From Gudongella sp. (GTDB lineage: Bacteria > Bacillota > Clostridia > Tissierellales > Tissierellaceae), in NCBI GenBank assembly GCA_034006985.1, contig JAVERT010000021.1:7409-31408 (forward strand): DNA of 24,000 nucleotides, written 5' to 3'. Position 1 is the stretch's first letter, and each line of letters begins with the position of its first letter. The position numbers and the translations under genes are program-made. This document shows, piece after piece, positions 7,575 to 15,792 of this stretch. Below the pieces are notes generated by a model that had not been told where the DNA came from, searched no databases, and was given only the letters and a program-made list of their open reading frames with translations.

Positions 7575-8486
7575 ATGTCTAAAACACAGACATATTCATA
7601 TAATTTATTAAAGTCAAAAGAGATTATGGCCATTTTAGATGGAGATACGGAATATGGAAATATTGAGATAAACGATGGCAAGGACATTAGAATTGCAATG
7701 CCTTACTTAAGTGGTCCAGATATTTGTAATATTTCCACACTATTTGGGATGCATGTTTCATATAATTGGGGAGGAGTAAATCTAAGCCGTTGGAATTATC
7801 TTGAAAATTTATTTATTTATTGCATGGAAAATGATAAAACTTCTGACTTGCTTGCTTATTTATTTTCTAAGGAACAATTTAGTAAGATGTTATCTGGATA
7901 CTCTGTTAATATTATTGAAGATTCTTACAAACACGTTACTCAAACAGTTATTAAGCAGATAAATGGTTTGTTATATTTTGGTGGAAATGAATTAGTTATA
8001 ATCGACAAGAAATTTGTTGTTAGAGAAATTGGAAGAAAAGTAGAAATTGAGGTACCAAAGATAAATTCTATAGATAGGGAATACATTAAAGATATTTCTA
8101 CCCGTGCAATGAATGATATTGAAAACGAGAATTATGATAGTGCTGTAACAAAATCAAGGACATTGTTAGAAGAGACATTTTGTTATGTAATAGAGAGAAA
8201 AAATGAAATCCCATCCAATGCTGGTGACATAGGGGCACTATACAAACAGGTGAAGGGTTTATATAATATGCATGGTGACAAAGACTTAGATAAACGAATT
8301 AACACACTATTATCCGGATTGGAAAAAATTATATCTTCAATCTCCGAAATGCGGAATAAAGATAGTGATGCACATGGTGTTGGAGCAAAACGTATTAGAA
8401 TCGATGAACACCATGCAAGACTTATAGTAAATTCTTCAATGACAATGGCAGATTTTATTTTGGCAGTGGAAAACAAAAACTACTAA
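7575..8486 (+). CDS. AbiJ-like abortive-infection protein with C-terminal HEPN (Abi_C) domain
   Basis: C-terminal region ..SAVTKSRTLLEETFCYVI..SEMRNKDSDAHG.. carries an R-x6-H HEPN-type motif (R at 8352-8354, H at 8373-8375). The N-terminal MPYLSGPDICNISTLFG resembles AbiJ N-terminal domains. Assignment is from memory. Confidence 0.65.
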   Translation: MSKTQTYSYNLLKSKEIMAILDGDTEYGNIEINDGKDIRIAMPYLSGPDICNISTLFGMHVSYNWGGVNLSRWNYLENLFIYCMENDKTSDLLAYLFSKEQFSKMLSGYSVNIIEDSYKHVTQTVIKQINGLLYFGGNELVIIDKKFVVREIGRKVEIEVPKINSIDREYIKDISTRAMNDIENENYDSAVTKSRTLLEETFCYVIERKNEIPSNAGDIGALYKQVKGLYNMHGDKDLDKRINTLLSGLEKIISSISEMRNKDSDAHGVGAKRIRIDEHHARLIVNSSMTMADFILAVENKNY

Positions 8487-8573
8487 AAGACCAGCTGCAA
8501 TGAGTTGAAAGAGAACTTAATTTTGAAAACACTTTAAGAGGGACATCGTATGATTAAGAATATAAAGATAAAA

Positions 8574-8616
8574 AATTCTATTTTCAGACTAGTCGTTTGA
8601 AAGTAGGATTTTTTAT
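8574..8616 (+). terminator. Intrinsic terminator after the AbiJ-like gene (module copy 2)
   Basis: A 16-bp stem, AATTCTATTTTCAGAC (8574-8589) with GTTTGAAAGTAGGATT (8595-8610), contains 3 G-U pairs. The loop is 5 nt, followed by TTTT. Confidence 0.7.
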
Positions 8617-8663
8617 TCTGAGCAAAATATTATCCATAGGCATTAAATAACCATATATACCAA

Positions 8664-8692
8664 TAGATAATAAAAAGGAAGTAGGATATAAT
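8664..8692 (+). promoter_or_regulatory. Promoter (module copy 2) for the hsdMSR operon
   Basis: TAGATA (8664-8669), 17 nt spacer, TATAAT (8687-8692). It lies about 60 nt upstream of the hsdM ATG. Confidence 0.55.
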
Positions 8693-8751
8693 AAAAATGT
8701 ATATAAATTAACAGAAGAATTTTAAATTATTATAAATCTGGAGGAAGATAG

Positions 8752-10263
8752 ATGGGGAAATTGACTTTACAGACTTTGGAAACGAAATTATGGGATTGTG
8801 CTGATATTTTAAGGGGAACTCTTTCTTCAACTCAATATATGGATTACATATTTGGGATGTTATTTCTTAAGAGAATTAACGATCAATTTGAGATGGAAAG
8901 AAAAGAGAAAAAGACGAAGTTTGCAAAACTTCCAGCCGAAGCGCTTGAAAAAGAGCTAGAGAATGCAAAAGCATTTAAGACATTCTTTATTCCATCAAAA
9001 GCTAGATGGGATAATTTTAAAGACCTTAATTTAAATATAGGAGCAGAGCTTGATAAGGCATTTAAGGCTATAGAAGATGAGCCCAAAAATGCTGAACTTG
9101 TTGGAGTGCTTACAACTGCAAATTACAATGATAAAGAAAGAGTGCCAGATGGCAAACTAAATCAGTTGATTCAAATATTTGATAAGCTAGATTTATCAAA
9201 CGAGAATTTAGAATCTCCAGATATTCTTGGGGATGCATATATGTATCTTATCAAGATGTTTGCAGATGATGGTGGGACTAAGGGGGGAGAATTTTATACT
9301 CCAAAAGAAATTAAAGAAACCATGGTAAAACTATTAAAGCCTCAAGAAGCTATGTCAATATATGATCCCTGTGCTGGTTCTGGCGGGTTTCTAATTAGCG
9401 CTATTGAGTATATAAAAGAAAATGGTGGTAATCATAGAAATCTTCAAATATATGGTCAAGAGATAAACTTATCCACCTGGGCAATTGCTAAACTAAATAT
9501 GCTCCTTCACGATGTATCGGGAGCGACAATTTGGAAAGGTGATACAATAAGAGATCCTAAAAATACAGAAGGAGCAACTCTAAAGACATTTGATATGGTG
9601 CTAAGCAATCCTCCTTTTTCACTTAAAAACTGGGGGAAAGAAGTTGCGGAGAAAAATGAATTTAATAGATTTAATTACGGTATTGCACCTACTTCATATG
9701 GAGATCTTGCATTTGTTCAACATATGCTAGCATCTACTAATTCAAAGGGGATAATGGCTACTGTAGTTCCTCATGGCATCCTTTTTAGAGGAGGAGCTGA
9801 AGGTAGAATTAGACAAGGTTTATTAGAAGATGACCTATTTGAAGCGGTTATTGGTTTCCCACAAAATTTATTTTACGGGGCATCTATTCCTGCATCTGTA
9901 ATTATATTAAATAAAAACAAAAGTGAAGATAAAAAAGGGAAAGTATTATTTATTGAAGCCTCAGATGGTTTTATTAAAGATGGAAATAAGAATAGATTAA
10001 GAACTCAAGATATAGAAAAAATAGTAAGTACATATGATAATTTTAAAGATATAGAAAAATTTGCTAAGGTTGTAGAAATCCAAGAGATTAAAAACAACGA
10101 CTATAATTTAAATATAACCAGATATGTAGACACCTCAGAAGAAGAGGAAGAAATAGATATAAAAGAAGTAATTGCTAGAATTTCTCAAAGAGAAGAAGAA
10201 TTAGAAGAATCAAGAGAAAAGATAAATACATTCCTTCAGCAACTTGGCTTTGAAAGGATTTAG
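8752..10263 (+). CDS. hsdM: Type I restriction-modification system, N6-adenine DNA methyltransferase subunit M
   Basis: HsdM N-terminal helix domain (LWDCADILRG). SAM motif I DPCAGSGGF. Catalytic motif IV NPPF (LSNPPFSL). Followed by hsdS and hsdR. Confidence 0.95.
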   Translation: MGKLTLQTLETKLWDCADILRGTLSSTQYMDYIFGMLFLKRINDQFEMERKEKKTKFAKLPAEALEKELENAKAFKTFFIPSKARWDNFKDLNLNIGAELDKAFKAIEDEPKNAELVGVLTTANYNDKERVPDGKLNQLIQIFDKLDLSNENLESPDILGDAYMYLIKMFADDGGTKGGEFYTPKEIKETMVKLLKPQEAMSIYDPCAGSGGFLISAIEYIKENGGNHRNLQIYGQEINLSTWAIAKLNMLLHDVSGATIWKGDTIRDPKNTEGATLKTFDMVLSNPPFSLKNWGKEVAEKNEFNRFNYGIAPTSYGDLAFVQHMLASTNSKGIMATVVPHGILFRGGAEGRIRQGLLEDDLFEAVIGFPQNLFYGASIPASVIILNKNKSEDKKGKVLFIEASDGFIKDGNKNRLRTQDIEKIVSTYDNFKDIEKFAKVVEIQEIKNNDYNLNITRYVDTSEEEEEIDIKEVIARISQREEELEESREKINTFLQQLGFERI

Positions 10264-11490
10264 GTGGATGGGATGAATAAAAATAGGGATGGATATAAAG
10301 AGACGGAAGTGGGATGGATACCTGAGGATTGGGAAGTAACTAGCATTGGTGATGTAGCTAACTTTCAAGGAGGATTTGCTTTTAAAAGCACTGACTATCA
10401 AGTAGAAGGTACAAAATTATTAAAAATAGCTAATGTTCAGCAGAATAGATTAATATGGAGAGATATTAATTATTTGCCCTCAGATTACTTAGAAAAACAT
10501 TCTGATTTTAGCATTTCGGTGGGTGATGTAATAATCGCAATGACAAGACCAATAATCTCTACTGGAATAAAGGTGTGTAAAGCAAAAGAAATAGATATAC
10601 CATGCTTATTGAATCAAAGGGTTGGTAGATTTATAATCAAAGGGGACCTATCAAATGAGTATCTCTATCAAAGTTGCTTTACAAGATTCTTCACAGAAAA
10701 TGTAAAAAACCTTTCAAACACCACTGGTCAGCCTAATATTAGTTCTGGGCAAATAGAGTCTATAAAAATTCCTATTCCACAACTAAAAGAACAACAAGGC
10801 ATAGCAGAAATCCTATCTACAACCGATAATCATATTGAGAAGCTAGATAAGATTATTGAAGATTATCAGCTTCTTAAAAAAGGGATGATGCAAAAGCTTT
10901 TAACTCAAGGTATTGGTCATAGAGAATTTAAAGATACTGAGATTGGAAGGATACCGAAGGAGTGGGAAGTTAAGAAGTTTTATGATTTATTTAAAGTTAC
11001 AAGTGGTTCTTCTTTATCCCAAAAAAATATTGTTGAAGGGTCGTATCCAGTATATGGTGGCAATGGCGTTAATGGATATCACAATGAATATGAATTTGAA
11101 GAATCAAAATTAGTAATTGGTCGCGTAGGAGCATATTGTGGATGTATTCACAGAACAACTCCGAGGTCATGGATAACAGATAATGCTTTATATATAAAAG
11201 AAAAGAAATATGATTATAATGATGATTTTATGTATTATAAACTGGTATATATTGATTTGAATAAGTATGCTAATCAAAATGCTCAACCAGTAATTTCGGG
11301 AGAAAAGATATATCCATTAGTAATTGGGCTCCCAAGTGTTGAAGAACAAAAACAAATAGCTGATATCCTATCATTAATAGATATTAGAATAGAAAACCTA
11401 CAACAACAACGCACCAACTTTACCCAACTTAAAAAAGCCCTAATGGAACAACTGCTTACAGGAAAAATACGAACTATAGATAACAACTGA
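10264..11490 (+). CDS. hsdS: Type I restriction-modification specificity subunit S
   Basis: Two target-recognition domains, each introduced by GWIPEDWEV or GRIPKEWEV. Two conserved coiled-coil regions (LKEQQGIAEIL.. and VEEQKQIADIL..LLTGKIR). The start is GTG 10264, directly after the hsdM stop, or alternatively ATG 10273. Confidence 0.92.
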   Translation: MDGMNKNRDGYKETEVGWIPEDWEVTSIGDVANFQGGFAFKSTDYQVEGTKLLKIANVQQNRLIWRDINYLPSDYLEKHSDFSISVGDVIIAMTRPIISTGIKVCKAKEIDIPCLLNQRVGRFIIKGDLSNEYLYQSCFTRFFTENVKNLSNTTGQPNISSGQIESIKIPIPQLKEQQGIAEILSTTDNHIEKLDKIIEDYQLLKKGMMQKLLTQGIGHREFKDTEIGRIPKEWEVKKFYDLFKVTSGSSLSQKNIVEGSYPVYGGNGVNGYHNEYEFEESKLVIGRVGAYCGCIHRTTPRSWITDNALYIKEKKYDYNDDFMYYKLVYIDLNKYANQNAQPVISGEKIYPLVIGLPSVEEQKQIADILSLIDIRIENLQQQRTNFTQLKKALMEQLLTGKIRTIDNN

Positions 11491-11503
11491 TAGGAGGAAT
11501 TAT

Positions 11504-14500
11504 ATGGCTGGTCTGGGAAATGAATTTACTTTAGTTGAAAAAGCTGCTTTAGACTATCTTGTTGATATTCTAGGCTATACATATATTGAAGCTTCAAAGC
11601 TGACTCCTTCATTTGGTGAAAGGGAGTCTTTTCGTGATGTTATTTTAATTAATAGACTTAGGACTGTTATCAAAAGACTTAACCCTTGGATAAATGATGA
11701 ATCCTTGGGAACTGCTCTCAAGTTCTTGGTTAACAGTGAATCATTGGGGACTTCATTACTTGAAATTAACGAGCGAATATATAAGGCTATAGTAGATTTG
11801 GATTTTACTGTTTCCCAATCCATTGATGGACAGAAAAAACCTCAGACAGTTCGATTTATAGATTTTGACAATATCGACAATAATGAGTTTATTGTAACAA
11901 ATCAATATCAGGTTCAAGGGATTAATGCTACAATTTATCCTGATATAGTGCTTTTTATAAACGGTATTCCTCTTGTAGTTATAGAAGCGAAATCACCTTT
12001 TAAAGAAGGAGGACTCTTTATAAAGGCTGGGAAAAAGGATGCCTTTGATCAGCTTCAAAGGTATATGGATATCAGAGAAGGTGCTATCTTTGAAGGGGCT
12101 GAAAGACTCTTCCATACAAACTTTATACTTGGAATAATAAATAAATACCATGCCTATTGTGGGACTATCTCCTCGACCTATGATTATTTCTTAGAGTGGA
12201 AGGACCCATATCCATTTAAAAAAGAGGAGATAGAAGATATTGAAAATAATGGACAAAACTTATTTTTCCAAGGTGTCTTAGAAAAAAACAACCTACTTAA
12301 GATAATGCAGTTTTTTATTCTATTTGAAACTGATGGAGATAGGAGAATTAAAAAACTTGCACGCTACCAACAATTCAGAGCTTGTATAAAAGCATTTAAA
12401 AGAATTCAAGAAGGCAAAACTCCACTTGAACGAGGTGGGGTTATTTGGCATACCCAAGGTTCTGGCAAATCTTTATCTATGGTTATGCTTGCAAGGATGA
12501 TTAGAAGAACTCCTTCTTTAAGAGATACTATGCTAGTTGTAATCACAGATAGGGTTGACCTTGATAAACAAATCTATTCGACTTTTTCAAGGGTATTTCC
12601 ATCTGAGTATACTTTGGCTGAAAATAACCTGGATAAGATTTTAACCAGAGCTGAAAGTGTGGAAGAGATGAAAACTCTGCTTAGCGGTGGCCAAGCTAAA
12701 ATTATTTGTACAACTATCCAAAAATTCCAATGCGAATCTGACAATCAAGCAATATTAAGTGATGAAAAAACAGAACTTAAGTTATTTTTTGATAAAGAGA
12801 TTGAAGTTCTAACCAATAAATCTAATGTTATAGTTTTTACAGATGAAGCTCATAGAAGTCAGTATTCAAATCTTTCTATGAATATGAGAAAGACTCTACC
12901 GAATGCTACATTCATCGGATTTACTGGTACGCCAATTGAGAAAGATGATAAGTCTACATATAGAACTTTTGGTCAACTTATAGATAGTTATACCATTTCC
13001 CAAGCAGTTGCTGATGGAAATACAGTAGCTATAATATATGAGGGAAGAAGACAAGACCTTCATATTATCCAAGATGAGCTTGATGAAGACTTCCATAAAT
13101 ACTTTGACAATAAATCTGATGATGAAAAAGAAGCTATCAAATTAAGGTATTTTAATAAGATTGCACTTGCCGAGGCTGAAGACAGGGTGGATGATATTGC
13201 AAAGGATATTCTAATCCACTATAGGGACAATAGTTATAAGCTTGGCTTTAAGGCTCAGGTTGTTTGTGTTTCAAGGCATGCATGTGTAAAATACTACGAT
13301 GCATTTATAAAACATATGGCAGATGTATTCGGGGATAATCCTATTGAAATAAAAGTAGTTTATTCAGCTGATAATAATGATCTTCCATATATAAAAGAAC
13401 ATAGAAGCTCAAAGGGCGAGCAAGATACTATTCTTAGTCGATTTAAAAGAGAAATTGAAAAGGATAGGCTTTGTATTCTAATAGTTAAGGATATGCTCTT
13501 AACTGGATTTGATGCAAAGATTGAAGATGTGATGTATCTTGATAGACCTCTTAAGGAGCATACTTTACTTCAGGCTATAGCAAGAGTTAATAGAACCTAC
13601 GATAAACCATATAAAGTGGTTGAAGATGGTGAGGAAATTGAAAAGTCTAGGACCAAGGCATATGGAAGGGTTGTAGATTACTTTGGAATTACAAGACATT
13701 TAGAAGAGGCACTTAAGGTATTTGACAATGCAGATATTCAGGAGCCAATGGCCAGTATAGATAGTCTTTTTAATAAGATGCTTGATTATAAAGAGGCGGT
13801 TATGAGGATTTTTGCGGGGGTAGACAAACGGGATTTAGATGCACTTATGAATGTATTAAAAGCTGAAAATAAACGAGTGGAATTTGATATGGCATATAGA
13901 AGGTTTGCAATTGCTCTTAATGCTTTAATGCCAACCCACGTTCGAAAAATGGATTTGGATGATTTAAAATGGTTATCCTATATACGGGCTGCAGCAAAGG
14001 TTAGATTTGAGCCTGAAAATGCTATTGATATTTCTGATTGTGGAGAAAAAGCAAAAGAACTTATCTCAGAGCATCTTAAATCCAATGGGGTTTATCAGTG
14101 GATTCAACCTGTTACCCTATTTGACAATGATTTTTCTGATAAAATAAATCATGGTTCAGATGAAGCGATTGCTTCAACTATGGAGCATGCAATTAAGCAT
14201 GCAATAAATGTAAAGATGAAAGATAACCCAGTACATTATCAGTCACTTTTTGAAAGACTTCAAAAGATACTTGAAGAAACAAATATGAATTGGGAAGAGA
14301 GAAGAAAGCAACTAAAAGAGTTTGTTGAAAGAGAGTTTAAAAATAGCGAAGCTGATTTAACCAAAGAACTTGGATTTAAAGAAAAAAGGCAACTTGCAAT
14401 ATTTGAAATGATTAAAGCAGAGATACAAAATAAAAAGGTTGCTGATGGACATATATATTATGCAGGTGATGATGAAAATACTGTATTTAAAGATATAACG

Positions 14501-14716
14501 TATGCAGTAATCGAAACTATAAAGGATAATTGGGTTGTTGGCTTTACCCAAAACCCTACTCGTATAAATGAGATGGAGCAGGCTATACATTCAAAGCTTC
14601 TTCTTAATTATTATGATGATATTGGAGATTATGATAAGATTGGGAAACTGACATCTAGAATTATTGAGCTTGCTAAGATTCATTATTATAAGAACGATTG
14701 GAGCAATAAGAAATGA
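11504..14716 (+). CDS. hsdR: Type I restriction endonuclease subunit R (SF2 helicase/translocase plus PD-(D/E)xK nuclease)
   Basis: AGGAGG RBS. N-terminal nuclease motif PDIVLFINGIPLVVIEAKS. Walker A HTQGSGKS. DEAH box FTDEAHRSQ. Helicase motif VI QAIARVNR. Length 1070 aa. Confidence 0.95.
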   Translation: MAGLGNEFTLVEKAALDYLVDILGYTYIEASKLTPSFGERESFRDVILINRLRTVIKRLNPWINDESLGTALKFLVNSESLGTSLLEINERIYKAIVDLDFTVSQSIDGQKKPQTVRFIDFDNIDNNEFIVTNQYQVQGINATIYPDIVLFINGIPLVVIEAKSPFKEGGLFIKAGKKDAFDQLQRYMDIREGAIFEGAERLFHTNFILGIINKYHAYCGTISSTYDYFLEWKDPYPFKKEEIEDIENNGQNLFFQGVLEKNNLLKIMQFFILFETDGDRRIKKLARYQQFRACIKAFKRIQEGKTPLERGGVIWHTQGSGKSLSMVMLARMIRRTPSLRDTMLVVITDRVDLDKQIYSTFSRVFPSEYTLAENNLDKILTRAESVEEMKTLLSGGQAKIICTTIQKFQCESDNQAILSDEKTELKLFFDKEIEVLTNKSNVIVFTDEAHRSQYSNLSMNMRKTLPNATFIGFTGTPIEKDDKSTYRTFGQLIDSYTISQAVADGNTVAIIYEGRRQDLHIIQDELDEDFHKYFDNKSDDEKEAIKLRYFNKIALAEAEDRVDDIAKDILIHYRDNSYKLGFKAQVVCVSRHACVKYYDAFIKHMADVFGDNPIEIKVVYSADNNDLPYIKEHRSSKGEQDTILSRFKREIEKDRLCILIVKDMLLTGFDAKIEDVMYLDRPLKEHTLLQAIARVNRTYDKPYKVVEDGEEIEKSRTKAYGRVVDYFGITRHLEEALKVFDNADIQEPMASIDSLFNKMLDYKEAVMRIFAGVDKRDLDALMNVLKAENKRVEFDMAYRRFAIALNALMPTHVRKMDLDDLKWLSYIRAAAKVRFEPENAIDISDCGEKAKELISEHLKSNGVYQWIQPVTLFDNDFSDKINHGSDEAIASTMEHAIKHAINVKMKDNPVHYQSLFERLQKILEETNMNWEERRKQLKEFVEREFKNSEADLTKELGFKEKRQLAIFEMIKAEIQNKKVADGHIYYAGDDENTVFKDITYAVIETIKDNWVVGFTQNPTRINEMEQAIHSKLLLNYYDDIGDYDKIGKLTSRIIELAKIHYYKNDWSNKK

Positions 14717-15426
14717 AATTAAGCTATGAATATGGGACACAAACCATAGAATTCGAGGTAATATTTAGAAAAAGAAAGACCATGGCAATTCAGATACAGC
14801 CACCAGATATAGTTACTGTAATTTCCCCTAAAGGTGTAAAAGAAGACGAAATATTAAAAGCAGTTAAGACTAAATCAAAATGGATTACTCAAAAGCTATT
14901 TCAAATTAGAGAAATGGAGTATCTAAAAAGGAATAGAGAATATGTTAATGGAGAGAGTTTTGTTTATATGGGAAGAAACTACTCACTACAAATTATTATT
15001 GATGAATCTTACAAAGTTCCTGAAGCTAAGTTATTTAGAGGAAAGTTTTATGTATATACCCATTCAACGGATGCAGATACTATAAGGAGGGCGCTAGAGA
15101 AATGGTATAAAAAAAAGGCCCTGCAAAAAGTTTTGGAAAGAATCGATTATTACCAAAAATATTTTGATGTATCACCAAATAAGGTAATGATAAAAGAACA
15201 GAAAAAAAGATGGGGATCTTGCAGTAGTCATAGAAATCTCTACTTTAACTGGAAGTGTATTATGGCACCATCTCCAGTTCTTGATTATCTTGTGGTTCAT
15301 GAAATGAGTCATATGGTTCATATGAACCATTCTCCAGAGTTTTGGAACTTGGTGAGGAGTATCATACCAGATTATGAGGAGAGAAGAAAATTGCTTAAAA
15401 ACCAAGGGGTTAAATACGATTTATAG
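14713..15426 (+). CDS. DUF45/YgjP-like (M48/SprT-like) zinc metallopeptidase
   Basis: HExxH motif HEMSH (15298-15312) within VVHEMSHMVHMNHSPEFW. The ATG overlaps the hsdR stop (ATGA at 14713-14716). Size of 237 aa is typical of the YgjP family. Confidence 0.8.
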   Translation: MKLSYEYGTQTIEFEVIFRKRKTMAIQIQPPDIVTVISPKGVKEDEILKAVKTKSKWITQKLFQIREMEYLKRNREYVNGESFVYMGRNYSLQIIIDESYKVPEAKLFRGKFYVYTHSTDADTIRRALEKWYKKKALQKVLERIDYYQKYFDVSPNKVMIKEQKKRWGSCSSHRNLYFNWKCIMAPSPVLDYLVVHEMSHMVHMNHSPEFWNLVRSIIPDYEERRKLLKNQGVKYDL

Positions 15427-15491
15427 ATCGTGGTTTATATTTTAACATAAGAGTATAAGAACAGAGAATATACTGCAGTTATAATACTTAG

Positions 15492-15535
15492 AATCCTATT
15501 TGCAAGCGTAACAGTTTGGAATAGGATTTTTATTT
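15492..15535 (+). terminator. Intrinsic terminator after the DUF45 gene (module copy 3)
   Basis: AATCCTATT (15492-15500) pairs perfectly with AATAGGATT (15520-15528), with further inner pairing, then TTTTATTTTT. The 5' flank TAGAATCCTA is identical to copy 1. Confidence 0.7.
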
Positions 15536-15592
15536 TTAAGTTTTATCTATAAAATGTTGCAAAATAAAATGTGAGCAAGTACATGTTATCAG

Positions 15593-15621
15593 TAGATATT
15601 ATAAGAGAAATATTGTATAAT
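15593..15621 (+). promoter_or_regulatory. Promoter (module copy 3) for the carbohydrate operon
   Basis: TAGATA (15593-15598), 17 nt spacer, TATAAT (15616-15621). Confidence 0.55.
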
Positions 15622-15647
15622 AAATTTATCTGAATAAATAGATAATT
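15616..15647. repeat. Right copy of the 32-nt direct repeat (30/32 identical to 5914-5945)
   Basis: Direct comparison of the two sequences. The only mismatches are at repeat positions 11 and 13. Confidence 0.85.
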
Positions 15648-15792
15648 AGAAATATATGCATGCATAGATTTACAGGAGTGAATGGGTGGCTAAGTTATCT
15701 CTGTATGATATGCAAATAAAATAAATGGTGGTATGAAAAAATATCGTTATATTAGTGTGGTAAAGGGTATCTTGTAAATATGTATAAATAAT

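Noticed and set aside
8550-8600. A 16-codon micro-ORF (MIKNIKIKNSIFRLVV) with an AGAGGG RBS that runs into the terminator hairpin at 8574-8616.
   Set aside because: It could suggest leader-peptide-type attenuation. However, it lies downstream of a gene and upstream of the next promoter, has no obvious regulatory codon pattern, and is easily explained by chance in AT-rich DNA.
10913-11113. + strand 66-aa ORF inside hsdS in another frame.
   Set aside because: It lies wholly within the well-supported hsdS reading frame, with no RBS or motifs.
10264-11490. Phase-variable or shufflon-type hsdS.
   Set aside because: There is a single complete hsdS, with no additional partial hsdS copies, no inverted repeats and no recombinase gene in the window.
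5831-15647. The island as an integrative mobile element (prophage remnant, ICE or IS-flanked transposon).
   Set aside because: I found no integrase, transposase, relaxase, phage structural genes or terminal inverted repeats. The only border signal is the duplicated terminator/promoter module, so it is reported as a repeat-bracketed island rather than a mobile element.
15650-15792. Possible riboswitch or leader peptide in the ~170-nt leader of the sugar operon.
   Set aside because: I saw no recognisable riboswitch core and no convincing terminator/antiterminator pair. The only small ORFs have start codons abutting their putative RBS.
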